Below are positions 53,197 through 64,000 of a stretch of DNA of 64,000 nt, one piece after another; the first letter of the stretch is position 1; the number at the start of each line of letters is the position of its first letter. Made by a program: the position numbers and the translations under genes. The stretch lies in contig JAQGDQ010002378.1 of assembly GCA_030141605.1 (NCBI GenBank), positions 186,001 to 250,000 of the forward strand, written 5' to 3'. The stretch is from Tubiluchus corallicola (lineage: Eukaryota > Animalia > Priapulida). Under the pieces are notes generated by a model, which made no database searches, had not been told where the DNA came from, and worked only from the letters and a program-made list of their open reading frames with translations.

Positions 53197-54448
53197 ATAG
53201 TTCTAGCTGCTGACATTTGTCCTTTAGTTTGTCAGCAGCTCGATTGCTTAAATGTCCATAAACTGGCATTCATTCAAAAGAACAACGACCCGACTGCATA
53301 ACATGACACTTCAGTGGTGCCATAAATGCAGATTATAATATTGGCATATGGATCATATTCTTCATATCCTTTATATATTACTGACTGGTGTAGCATGGTT
53401 TCAAACTATTATTTATTCGGCTAATTTTCTTATGAATGTTTGCTGAAATTATATCATTGTACGACATCTGCTCCTATTAGACCTGTCCTATATCACAATT
53501 CAAATTCAACTTTTTTATCTCTTTATAGTGTTACAGTAAAACATGATTAATAAAAGAATCTCTAATAAGTTTTGAAAAATGGTTAAAATGTATAGATAGA
53601 TCTAGAACTAGAGAAAGGATAGCGAAAAGACTATAAAGTCACCTAGACTGCAATCCTTTACCGAATATAGATAAAAAGATTTTTTAGACACTGGTGGGCA
53701 TTAATGTTATCAGTTTAATTTAGGAAACATTAGTAATTTTTAAAATTATGACATTTTCCATATAATCCAGAGAAAAGAATATACATGTAGTTTAATTAGC
53801 GGGCAACAAAATAAGGTCAGTCTTGATTAAACTAAAAATTGCATTTAGATTTTATGTGAAATACAGGTCAAAATTGTTATGAAATGATAAAAACACATTG
53901 GGTTAATAATGCTATTAATCAACAACAGGAGTTAAATACATTTTGATTTGAGTTCAACTTCATTATTTCTAGGCTTATTGATTAAGAACAAATCTACTAA
54001 CTTTGACAATAATACTAAATAATATAATTCTTAATATACTGATAAGACAAGCATTTAGCTATACAGTTTTTTTAGTAATTTTATAAAGGAGAGGTAAGAC
54101 TTGAGCAATCTGTGAACAACACCTAAATCTTTACTCATAAAATAATATTGCAGTGTGACTTTAATAGTTATTCTGCTGTAAAGAAGAGATGAAAGACACA
54201 ACATTATTCAATTAAATTTTATTTATTATTTTGCTTGATTTACAAAGCGACAGATTAGCTTGTATTTTTCTCTTGTAGGTGCATCTTGAATTAGCTGAAG
54301 TTTGTCAATGCAGGTAAAATTTAGCAATTACAGGAAAACCTGCGTATTGTAATCAGCAAGAACTTCTACGTTTTGATAAAGTCATGAATGAGAAAGCAGG
54401 AACATAAAAGTCATTTATTTATTTATTTGTTTATTTAAAACGCTTCAC

Positions 54449-54670
54449 TAAGTTAAAAATCATAAGAATAAAAACATTAAAATATTATATTACATATAGA
54501 CAAATTTGTAGATATGTAATGTAGTATTTTAATGCTTTTATTCTTATGATTTTTAACTTAAACTGACTGACACAATTGCACTCATCAGTCTGTCACTGTC
54601 TGGTTATACACTAATTTTATATATGATGTAATTTGTTTCACTCTGTACTAGTGTATATTTTCTACAATAA
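54449..54670. mobile_element. Short LINE-tail copy (same family as 50455-50630) with a 5' inverted duplication
   Basis: 54449-54497 is the reverse complement of 54512-54560; the remainder is colinear with 50455-50630. Confidence 0.65.
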
Positions 54671-54674
54671 AGGT

Positions 54675-54675
54675 T

Positions 54676-54752
<77 letters not shown>

Positions 54753-54881
54753 GCGTGTGCGTGCGTGTGTGTGTGTGCGTGTGCGTGCGCGTGCGCGTGC
54801 GCGTCCGTCCGTCCGTGTGTGCATGTATGCGGGAGTGCGTGTGCTCGCGTGCGTGTGTGTGTATGTGTGTGTGTGTGTGTG
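54675..54881. repeat. (TA)n(TG)n/(TGCG)n compound microsatellite
   Basis: Direct reading. Confidence 0.95.
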
Positions 54882-56262
54882 TTTTCAATTTACATCTGCA
54901 TGTTTACGCTCTTATCATAAGTGCAGCTAACTAACTTATGTCTTAGTTTAAATTGTTCACCCACAGTGCACAAGGTAATTAAAAATGAATTACGTATTAA
55001 AAACATGGCTTTTTCATTTTACCTGTAGCAGCATTATTAATTTTGTACGGTTTGCGAAATTTAACCATATTTAGACTTGGGTGCATTGCTTAGAAAGTGA
55101 TTGCTTAGAAAATACCGTGATAGATTCGCTAATTCTTTGATGCGCACCGTAGAGATCACTGTAAACAGTATACTCTTATTGAGAAAGAGAAAAGAAAAAG
55201 TAAGCAAGTGAGGTATCTAAGTTTTCCTAATCGATGTGGGAAGCTTTTGTTTTATGATAAGAGGTTCTTTGAATTTGTATTCCTCACCTGCCATCAAGTG
55301 CCATTCTGAGCACGCGGTTTCACTTGTATTATTACAGGGATAGTTCATATAATTACAGAAAGTGGATAGTGTAATTGTATTTAATACAGAACGATACTTG
55401 CAAATTTTTATTGATAAAATGATATGCCCAAGGAAAAACAACATGGCAATTACTGAGTTTTTGAAACAAAGACTTTTTTACAAATCGCTCTAAGCAAGCC
55501 CAATGGCGACTCTGGGCGGTCTTCCAACAGAAATTAAAGTTGTAATCTGTTTCTGACAAATAAAAACACGTGGCCGAAAAATGCGAACTAGTCAGAATTT
55601 AGCGTGGATTTGAACCGAGGTCCTTTGTATTACAAATCGAACGCTATGTCCACTAGATCATGAAGCTTCTTGTGATCATGATAGGCCTTAGTTTAATTCT
55701 ATTAGTTTAGCAACTACTAAACACGTGAACTTTAAGAGACTAATTCAATGTGTAATTGATTAAATACTAATAATTAACTTATGAGCCATTAATAATTATT
55801 TAAAATCTGCTACGTTCCTAAGGATTGCCTGGTGTAACGCTTAAGCATAAGTCTAATCTCAATCTCGACTTTTTCACATTTTCTGCCTTTCAGTCAAGTT
55901 TAATTTTTAAAATTTATTAATTTGTAAGTGATTTATAATCGAATTCAAATGACTATACCTGGATTATAAAACAAATATTTGAACTTTAACAAATTTACTC
56001 TGCAAGATTTTGTGTTAAGTTGAATGCCCACATATTTAACTACACTAACAATGGGTAACTGAGGCACGTAATCACGTATAATATAAGAGTTAAAATCAAA
56101 ATCCACCAAAGCTACATTTAGGCCTACATAATTACTACAATAAGAAATTTAATAAACAGTGGCTCTGATCATATCAAAAGCTGACTATGACACACGGCCA
56201 TTTTTTTACGTAAGAGACAAAAATATGGTGAGCATATAGTACAGGTATATATAATAAAGTAA

Positions 56263-56461
56263 ACATCAAAGGTGCCGAGATTCCGACAAAAGACCCATAC
56301 GGTCAAAAAGGGAAAGGATGCTCTTTGCTGGAACAATACAAAAACAACTTACCTGCCGTACCTGTGAGTTGAAAGCGTGCCTTTATGGAATCGGCGTCAG
56401 CTATTTTTGTTATTGATAGGTGTTGCCTTTGTTCTAATCAATGCCGCCAGGACGTGATTGG
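56263..56461 (+). promoter_or_regulatory. Putative Wnt8 proximal regulatory region with TCF/LEF, Helper, Cdx-type and CCAAT motifs
   Basis: ACATCAAAGG (56263), TTTATGG (56382), CCTTTGTT (56426), GCCGCCA (56443) and ATTGG (56457), all within 400 bp of the ATG. Confidence 0.45.
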
Positions 56462-56652
56462 TTAAGAAGGTATCTGACTCCTCCTTCTGGTCCAGGTAAG
56501 TTGGGTGTCAGTAGGTGATAAATTGCATGTTGATTCTTATCAGGTGAAAGAAACAACTGATATCAAGTTGATTAATTAGCAGAAGAAGATAATATCAATT
56601 TGTTAAAAAATATTTACAGAAAAACGAAGTTAATTATCTGTGAACAATTACG

Positions 56653-56732
56653 ATGTGCAAATATCGACACTTAAAAGTGTTGCATGAAACGCTGCTTTTA
56701 ATATCTTTTTGTAGTTTGAGTGCGTATTCATG
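56653..56732 (+). CDS. Wnt8: Wnt8 coding exon 1 (signal peptide)
   Basis: MCKYRHLKVLHETLLLISFCSLSAYS(W), donor TG/GTAAGT; phase 2 joins exon 2 to give SAYSWTVNNF, like the SAWSVNNF of Wnt8. Confidence 0.85.
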
Positions 56733-58737
56733 GTAAGTTTTTGTCACTCTACTAGTTTTTTAAATATTTTAAAAGGGCGTTTGTGCGAAAATGTTTATAC
56801 ACCTGTCTTCGTACATATATAAAAATTTGCTTCATTGTGTAATAATGTTTAGTTTTCTAGGTGATTAATTCGTTAATCCCAAAGATATTCGCTTTTCGAC
56901 ATTTATTATTATTGGTAGGAAAATAGTAATTAGATTATTTAAAATTAAATGTTATTTTTACAATTTAAGAAAAGATTAATACACGAAATTAATTTCAGTC
57001 AGGTTTTGTAATTTGCGTTTACAGTGCGAAGCTTGCATATGTTGACTTTTGACTGATATAAATAATTATATAAACAGTCAAATAATTTTCTTTATTTTGT
57101 ACGTTCGATTTACAACTTGAGTATTTGTACTCCCGCGTATTTTTACAACCTAATTTTGATATACAATTTGGATTTATTTTATTAAGAATAAAATAACTAT
57201 AGGAGAAAAAATTGTGAAACCAACTATTAGTTATTTCATCAATAAAATAATGAAACGAGAAAAAAAGAAAAAGTTCTTGTCACTTAAACTATTGCATATT
57301 GCATATAGACTTAGACTTTCAATATTGCAAATGACGCGGATTTTGTCAAAGGGCTAAAAGTGATGACGAAAACGTTTCTATTGACGTTTCATAGACAAAA
57401 TTAGGTTAAGTAAACGGATATAAAATAAAAACCAAACCTCGATATTCTTGGAATATAGTCCTGTATGATCTCTAATTGGCCATATTTATATAAACAGCCT
57501 AATTAACATTCGTGCGTGCAGGTAAGCCAAAGCCGTCATACATTTTCATAAACTTATTGTGATGTATTTAGTAAGTCTTAAAAAGCAAGGTTGGCAGATA
57601 AATTCACCAAAGTACCAAACTTTATATTTACTCGGTAAAAGTCATTAGTCGGTACAAACACAGTGACATTAGTAACCTCTTTGATTAATGAATACAACTG
57701 TGGGTAAATCTAGAATAAATGTAGAATTTTGATTATGAATATCACCACATTTTACACTATGACAATTACAAAAAGGCGTAGTTAAATTTCCTAAAATAAA
57801 AGAACATGTGAAACAAAGCAGATCAAAGAATTGGTTTGAAATTTGCTCAAATAATTCGAAATTTTTTACCATTATAAAATCGAAATAACTGAAAAGTTAA
57901 CGAAATTGAGAATTTTTTTTCACCATTTAAATAGGCTAAGTTTTCTTCCCTGGTTGTACATTTTATCAGTTAAATAAAATTCATCTCGTATGCAAACTTT
58001 AGATACTGCCGTACTAATAGCAATTAATTTATAATTGGCGTTCTAAGTTATAATTATTATTTATTGTTATGAGAAGCATTTTAACAAACAACAAGTACGA
58101 CTTTAAAACCGTTTACTTTGCCCTAGCAGTACGCAAAACCTTCGAGTTATTTTTTTTTAAATTATAGCGCAGATTTTGGATACTTCCTCCCCAGAATATT
58201 CGTTTTTAAAGCATAAGAAAAACGTAAACGTAGTTTAGCTATAGCAGTTGATATAATATATTAATAACGTTTATAGCATCATGATATGCGTAACAATATT
58301 AGGCGATCCAGTATCCAGCAATCGAGTATCCACATGACAGCTTCAATCTGTTCTTATATCATTTGATGCTACAGTTGTCTACAAATAAGTCTTATAAATT
58401 TTGTTCTTCAATTGAGTTCTTTAATTGAGTGTTATATTTGTTAAACTTTTTATATTTTTAACTATCTGACATGATTTTGTTGTAATCACTTCGTTCATTG
58501 TAAGCCTGTGTTTTTATCCGTGTGACTGACCATTTAGACTCATCGTTACCGCTATTAATTAGGACTAACTCTTTACAACTTTGTATGTGATGTATTGTTA
58601 ATATACTTTATCTCTGTTAGTCAACAAATTCTATTCAATTCAATGTCATGCATACTAGCTAACACGACATTTTTAACACAAGAAATGCGCAAATAATTTA
58701 CACCTAAAACAAATAATCTATTTGTTTTTATTTTTAG

Positions 58738-58771
58738 GACGGTGAACAATTTCCTGATGACTGGTCCCAAG
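58738..58771 (+). CDS. Wnt8: Wnt8 coding exon 2 (34 nt)
   Basis: TTTTTAG acceptor, AAG/GTGAG donor; (W)TVNNFLMTGPK, the diagnostic Wnt8 N-terminal peptide. Confidence 0.93.
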
Positions 58772-59209
58772 GTGAGAAATTTGTGCGTTTTTTACAAATA
58801 CAAAACATGCAAGTTTAGTTAACATAAAAGCCACTACAATTGCGAGTTAGAAACTTTTAAATAAAGTTTATACGAATTATTAATATAAAAAATCTGTATA
58901 TAAAATTGCAGCGTATATATACGTCAATTAAATTATAATTGGAAAATGTTGAATGTATGGAAAAATTCTTTTAAGATTTTACTCAGGTTAGCTAGTATGG
59001 CCTGTTGTACCTTCTGAATGCAGATTTGGCGTTCACTGTTCAGACTAGCGATTTTTGTTTTGTTCGTTTGTTCCCCTTTATGATGTGTTATAAAGTTTGC
59101 ACAATGCACATCTACTGAAGGCATATTTTTAACGTAAAATAAAATGTTAAGCATTATTAGTGTTCAAAAATTTTTCGTATTAATCATAAAAATGAAAGAG
59201 AATTTAAAG

Positions 59210-59780
59210 CAAAACCGTATCCAATCTTAAACTTTAAGTCAAAACAATACAGTCTTTAAAATGTTGAAAGGAAACGTACTTTTTTTCAAAAATGACTTAC
59301 GTGAAAGAATTATTACCACACAAACACAATTTCACGTTCTTGACACTAGTTCTTCGCTGTTACATGCATTTCACTATACGCTAGTTATACGGGCAATAGC
59401 GCCTGTACTTCTCAGTTCAGATGTGTTAGTTTGTGACGAACTACACACGTTCGATAGCTCATGCATGAGTGCAGCGGTAAACTTGAAATTTGAACTTTTT
59501 TTTATCTTAAAACTTGCCGAGTTTTAATACAACACACTGAATCTCATACAGAAGTACCGTACTTCAATTTTCCCTTTTACAAACACGTACAACATGTGGA
59601 ATGTATTTGCTGTTGAAAATTACGTTAGTTTTTTATGTAATCAACAGTTGGGCTCGCCCGTTGTTAATTAAGATTTTAATGTATTATATAATTATCAGAA
59701 ACGCTGTTGCAGTATTATTTGTGTTAAAATGTATACTTTTACCGTACTTGAATATGAAAAATCATTCTGTCTTCTTTTAA
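59210..59780. repeat. Second copy of the 11262-11800 dispersed repeat, in Wnt8 intron 2
   Basis: Colinear similarity to 11262-11800. Confidence 0.85.
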
Positions 59781-60448
59781 AGTATGAGAATTATACTATA
59801 TTTGACCCAGTTAATTTTACATAGGCATACCTTTTTTAATTATTATATTTATTAATATATGATTTGGTGATGCACTAATTTTTAAGACGGGCTGAAAGTC
59901 ACCGCCAATTTTTCCCGAAAGACTTCCTTGCAAAAATATTCTCGTGGGAAAATTTGTTCCTTTTTGTGCCCTATTGCAACCGTATAAACTGGATCACAAG
60001 TAAGATGAAAACACTCCATTCATGTGGAATGTATTTGCTGTTGAAAATTACGTTAGTTTTTTATGTAATCAACAGTTGGGCTCGCCCGTTGTTAATTAAG
60101 ATTTTAATGTATTATATAATTATCAGAAACGCTGTTGCAGTATTATTTGTGTTAAAATGTATACTTTTACCGTACTTGAATATGAAAAATCATTCTGTCT
60201 TCTTTTAAAGTATGAGAATTATACTATATTTGACCCAGTTAATTTTACATAGGCATACCTTTTTTAATTATTATATTTATTAATATATGATTTGGTGATG
60301 CACTAATTTTTAAGACGGGCTGAAAGTCACCGCCAATTTTTCCCGAAAGACTTCCTTGCAAAAATATTCTCGTGGGAAAATTTGTTCCTTTTTGTGCCCT
60401 ATTGCAACCGTATAAACTGGATCACAAGTAAGATGAAAACACTCCATT
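59593..60448. repeat. Apparently exact 428-bp tandem duplication
   Basis: 59593-60020 equals 60021-60448 (CATGTGGAATG...ACACTCCATT); no mismatch seen by eye. Confidence 0.92.
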
Positions 60449-61790
60449 TAAACCAGTAAGCCATCCCATTCTGAATGGACTCCGCATAACCTGTCTGCTC
60501 TGCATTATGCCTTTATTAAGCTAATCTCAAGGCTCTGGATTATCTCGCGGTAGATTATCATGTTTAACATAACACATTGGGTGCGTGTAATATGTAATGA
60601 TAGGAAAGTATTGTCTTGTTAATCACCTATTATACCTTGACAATACGGATGCACTATAATCTCTAAACGTCGGTATGTATTCATGGTTTGTTGTTTGGAC
60701 ATGATACAGCCATCCGTCCATAGTCTAGCTTTAGTACATTGACCAGGATATTGGGATTTTAAGTCCTGTGCGATCTTGTTCAACGTGCTCTTGTTTTTGT
60801 TTGTTATTTCTTGGCCCCATTGCTATTTCTTGTTCTGATTGTCTCCTAAGTAAAAATATGATCTGTTCTTGAACACGAATTTGCAGTAGTGGTTTATTTG
60901 CTGTTTGTTGTTAAACTTGAAACTATTCTCTTCGTCAGAGTGCGTTTTATCCAAATTCATTGGACGGCTTTTGAGCAATCTCTGGAGCATAACTGAAAGA
61001 TGAAATGATTAGACCTTTCATTACGCTTGCTTGCTAGTTTTATATACATATTGGTTTTTCGTTTTTTCATAGGGTGCCATCTGTCATTTGCCAAAACTTT
61101 TCTGTACGATGTGTTATCAAAGATCAGTGCTTAGCTGAAATTCGTGCACTTTTGAAATGATTAAAAATTTAAAGAAACGATTAATATACAAAAATGATTT
61201 TAGTTAATTTCTGCAATTTGTATTTACAGAGGCAGACGTTCAGTTGTGAGTACTACAAATAATGGTACATTTTGTGTAAAAAAAGTAATTTTCTTTATTT
61301 TGTACTTAGCGTTTCTTTAGATAGTTTGATATACTATTCGGATTAAGAATAAATCAACATTCTTAGAAAAGGCTGTGGAATGAATTACTAAAAATTATCA
61401 CCAAAAAGGGGAAAATAAAACAGAAAACAAGGAATTCAGAACTTTTGTTTTCCGATACTGCAAACGACGAGCATTTTAGAGGTAAAAGAGGTAACAAAAA
61501 CATTTCTATGGACGTTTTGTAGTCAGATTTTAAAGTTGAGTAAATAGATATAAAATAAAAAGCGAAGCTCAATATTCCTGCGGCATAATATTCTGTATGC
61601 TCTGTAATTGGTCACATTTATTTGTGAAGCACAGCCTGATAAGCATGCAGGGTAAATCAAGTGCAGCCATACCTAATCTAACAAACATTAATGAAGATTT
61701 TATTAATTTTTTAAACAGCAAGCTTAAATAAACTAAATCTTTCTTATACGTGCTTTCTTTCTCACGTTAATCTTATGTGTTAGATAACAG

Positions 61791-61792
<2 letters not shown>

Positions 61793-61828
<36 letters not shown>

Positions 61829-61869
61829 ATATATATATATATATATATACACATATATACACACACACA

Positions 61870-61941
<72 letters not shown>
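61793..61941. repeat. (TA)n/(CA)n microsatellite
   Basis: Direct reading. Confidence 0.93.
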
Positions 61942-61942
<1 letters not shown>

Positions 61943-63377
61943 CATTTCATTCGTACTCGTGGAACAATCACATAAAATAAACAAACAGATTAACAAGCAA
62001 AATAACATTAGTCAACAAGAATAGTAAGCAATGTGAATATATACCGTTAAGTGAGAGTAAGATATGCTAGTATGGCGTACAACTCATTCCTGTCAGAAAA
62101 TTAAAACAATTACGTTCTAGAGCCCAAGTAACTTCGGTAATGAAATTTACAGTCCGTATTTGTTCTTTGCTAACATTACTTTTTACATCTCATGTACAGG
62201 AAAAAACTTTAGAAAGAAAATTTTCATTTGTGTAAAAAGTTTTGTACTCGTTACAAATAGATAACAAATTATAACCCATTACAAGAGCCATGAAATCGAG
62301 AATTGTGTGTAAAAAAATTGGCTATGCGATTTTCACTATTTAAACAACTATGGTAAATTTAACAAACGGTTTCTGTAACTGTTTAACTGGCGGAACGATA
62401 TCACATATAAAAGGAAGACAGTATTTGTGTGATCTAAACAGTAAATTCCAAAGTTTTCTTACAGCAACATTCCAAGCTGTACTTAATTTAGATTAATATC
62501 TATTCCTGTGTGATTACAAGCTTTGTTGGAGTATTTATTTCAAAAAATGTTATTAACCCCTTCACCGGAAGTCGGAAATACATTGCTCAACAAGTAGCAA
62601 TGCTTGCTTCTCCTGTTAGGTCCATACTAGTTATTGACCACTGCCTCTAAATCCGACCAGCCAAAGTCTGGACACGCTTGTCGGTAACTTCAGGGGAGCT
62701 GAATTAGGCTAATAACTTCGAATCGTGTTCGAGTATGGTGTAACAATAAGGTAATTGGCGCCTGCCACACGACGAGGTGCAAATAGCAAACAAAAATTTC
62801 CGCAACTCTATTGAGTTTTAGCCGACTGGCAAATTTGGCTTATTAACCCTCGAATGAGTTAATTAATGACGTAGCTACCGAAGCGTTAGATATGATTTCA
62901 CAGAGGAATTGTACGAAAAACGTTGGTGTTCATTTTTGACTTGTTCTATTATACCGAGAAAATAACTAAATGGTCAAGGTGCAGGACTAGTTATGAAGTT
63001 AAGCATCGTCGAGCCTGATGAGTAACAGGCAGGAAATCTGCTTCTTATTACTTTAATTTCCCGTATACTGTCACATGCTACAGTAGCTCTTTTCTTTTGA
63101 GGGGGATGCACAATTAAGGCCAAGGCACCCCTGTTGATTCAGTGTCTCATTTAAAAAAATATCTTTGATATTGAAGAGATTTCATTCCCGCCACAATCAT
63201 TTCACGTTAGTAAAAGACTTTCTCGTTGTGTAGCAGCTTGTAATGTTGGTTGTGGCTTGTGTGACTAATAATGTACTGCTTTATAGGCTGAACGATGTTT
63301 CTATGAATTGATTGACTGATTACTAGCTGATTGATTGGTTTTATTTTCCTTTTCCTTTTTTCTTTCTTTTGGCGACT

Positions 63378-63560
63378 CCATTCATTCATTCATTCATTCA
63401 TTCATTCATTCATTCATTCATTCATTCATTCATTCATTCATTCATTCAGTCAGTCAATCATTCATTCATTCGTTCGTTCGTTCATTCATTCATTCGTTCG
63501 TTCGTTCGTTCATTCGTTCATTCATTCATTCAGTCAGTCAGTCAGTCACTCGTTCATTCG
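63378..63560. repeat. (TTCA)n/(TTCG)n/(GTCA)n microsatellite just 5' of Wnt8 exon 3
   Basis: Direct reading. Confidence 0.93.
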
Positions 63561-63625
63561 TCCATAGAATCAATAATACATTCGTTCACTCATTCTTTCG
63601 TTTTCATTCGTCCGTTTGTTTTCAG

Positions 63626-63761
63626 GCGTATTTGACGTTTTCTGCGAGTGTGGCAGCAGGAGCACAAATTGGGATGGAAGAGTGCCAGCATCAGTTTGCC
63701 TGGGAGAGATGGAACTGTCCTCGATCGTCATTACCCCTTTATTCTCACAGTGTTCCTGCAG
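63626..63761 (+). CDS. Wnt8: Wnt8 coding exon 3 (the gene continues beyond the window)
   Basis: TTTTCAG acceptor, CAG/GTAAA donor; AYLTFSASVAAGAQIGMEECQHQFAWERWNCPRSSLPLYSHSVPA matches the Wnt8 AYLTY..SVA.GAQ.GIEEC..QFAWERWNC segment. Confidence 0.95.
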
Positions 63762-63767
63762 GTAAAA

Positions 63768-63995
63768 ATATTATATTATACTATATTATATTATGTTGTG
63801 TTGTGTTATGTTATGTTATGTTATGCTATGTTATGCTATGTTATGTTATATTATGTTATATTATGTTATATTATATTGTATTGTATTGTATTGTGTTGTA
63901 TTGCATTGTGTTGTATTGTATTGCATTGCATTGCATTGCATTGCATTGCATTACATTACATTACATTACATTACATTATATTACATTACATTACT
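63768..63995. repeat. Compound pentanucleotide microsatellite (ATATT/ATGTT/GTATT/GCATT/ACATT)
   Basis: Direct reading. Confidence 0.93.
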
Positions 63996-64000
63996 ACATC

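Noticed and set aside
60450-60990. Possible decayed coding sequence in Wnt8 intron 2
   Set aside because: The frames I translated contain stops and no recognisable motif.

Overview
AT-rich, intron- and microsatellite-rich genomic DNA from an animal, most likely a protostome invertebrate (inferred from SIFamide-receptor-type GPCR signatures); it is not prokaryotic. Manual splicing at GT-AG junctions with matching phases gives five coding units. (1-2) Two tandem SIFamide/NPFF-receptor-like GPCR cassettes on + (21994-23123 and 26965-28825, the second possibly extending to 32666), intact but only about 40% identical by my count. Each has a TM3 exon and a TM4-TM7 exon, and I found no TM1-TM2 exon between or upstream of them in the window. 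(3) An unrecognised 5-exon, about 358-aa type-I membrane protein on + (33828-40002) with a 10-Cys toxin/defensin-like ectodomain and two cytoplasmic PY motifs. (4) A 12-Cys LYPD6-like Ly6/three-finger protein on - (41732-44197), probably GPI-anchored. (5) The first three coding exons of Wnt8 on + (56653-63761, running off the window), with TCF, Helper and Cdx-type motifs upstream. Also present: one tRNA-Ile(AAT), a young 5'-truncated RTE-X-like LINE, several decayed LINEs (CR1/L2, RTE, R2-like), hAT MITEs with 8-bp TSDs, a roughly 1-kb foldback repeat, minisatellites and many microsatellites. All family assignments come from motif recognition by eye, not from database searches.
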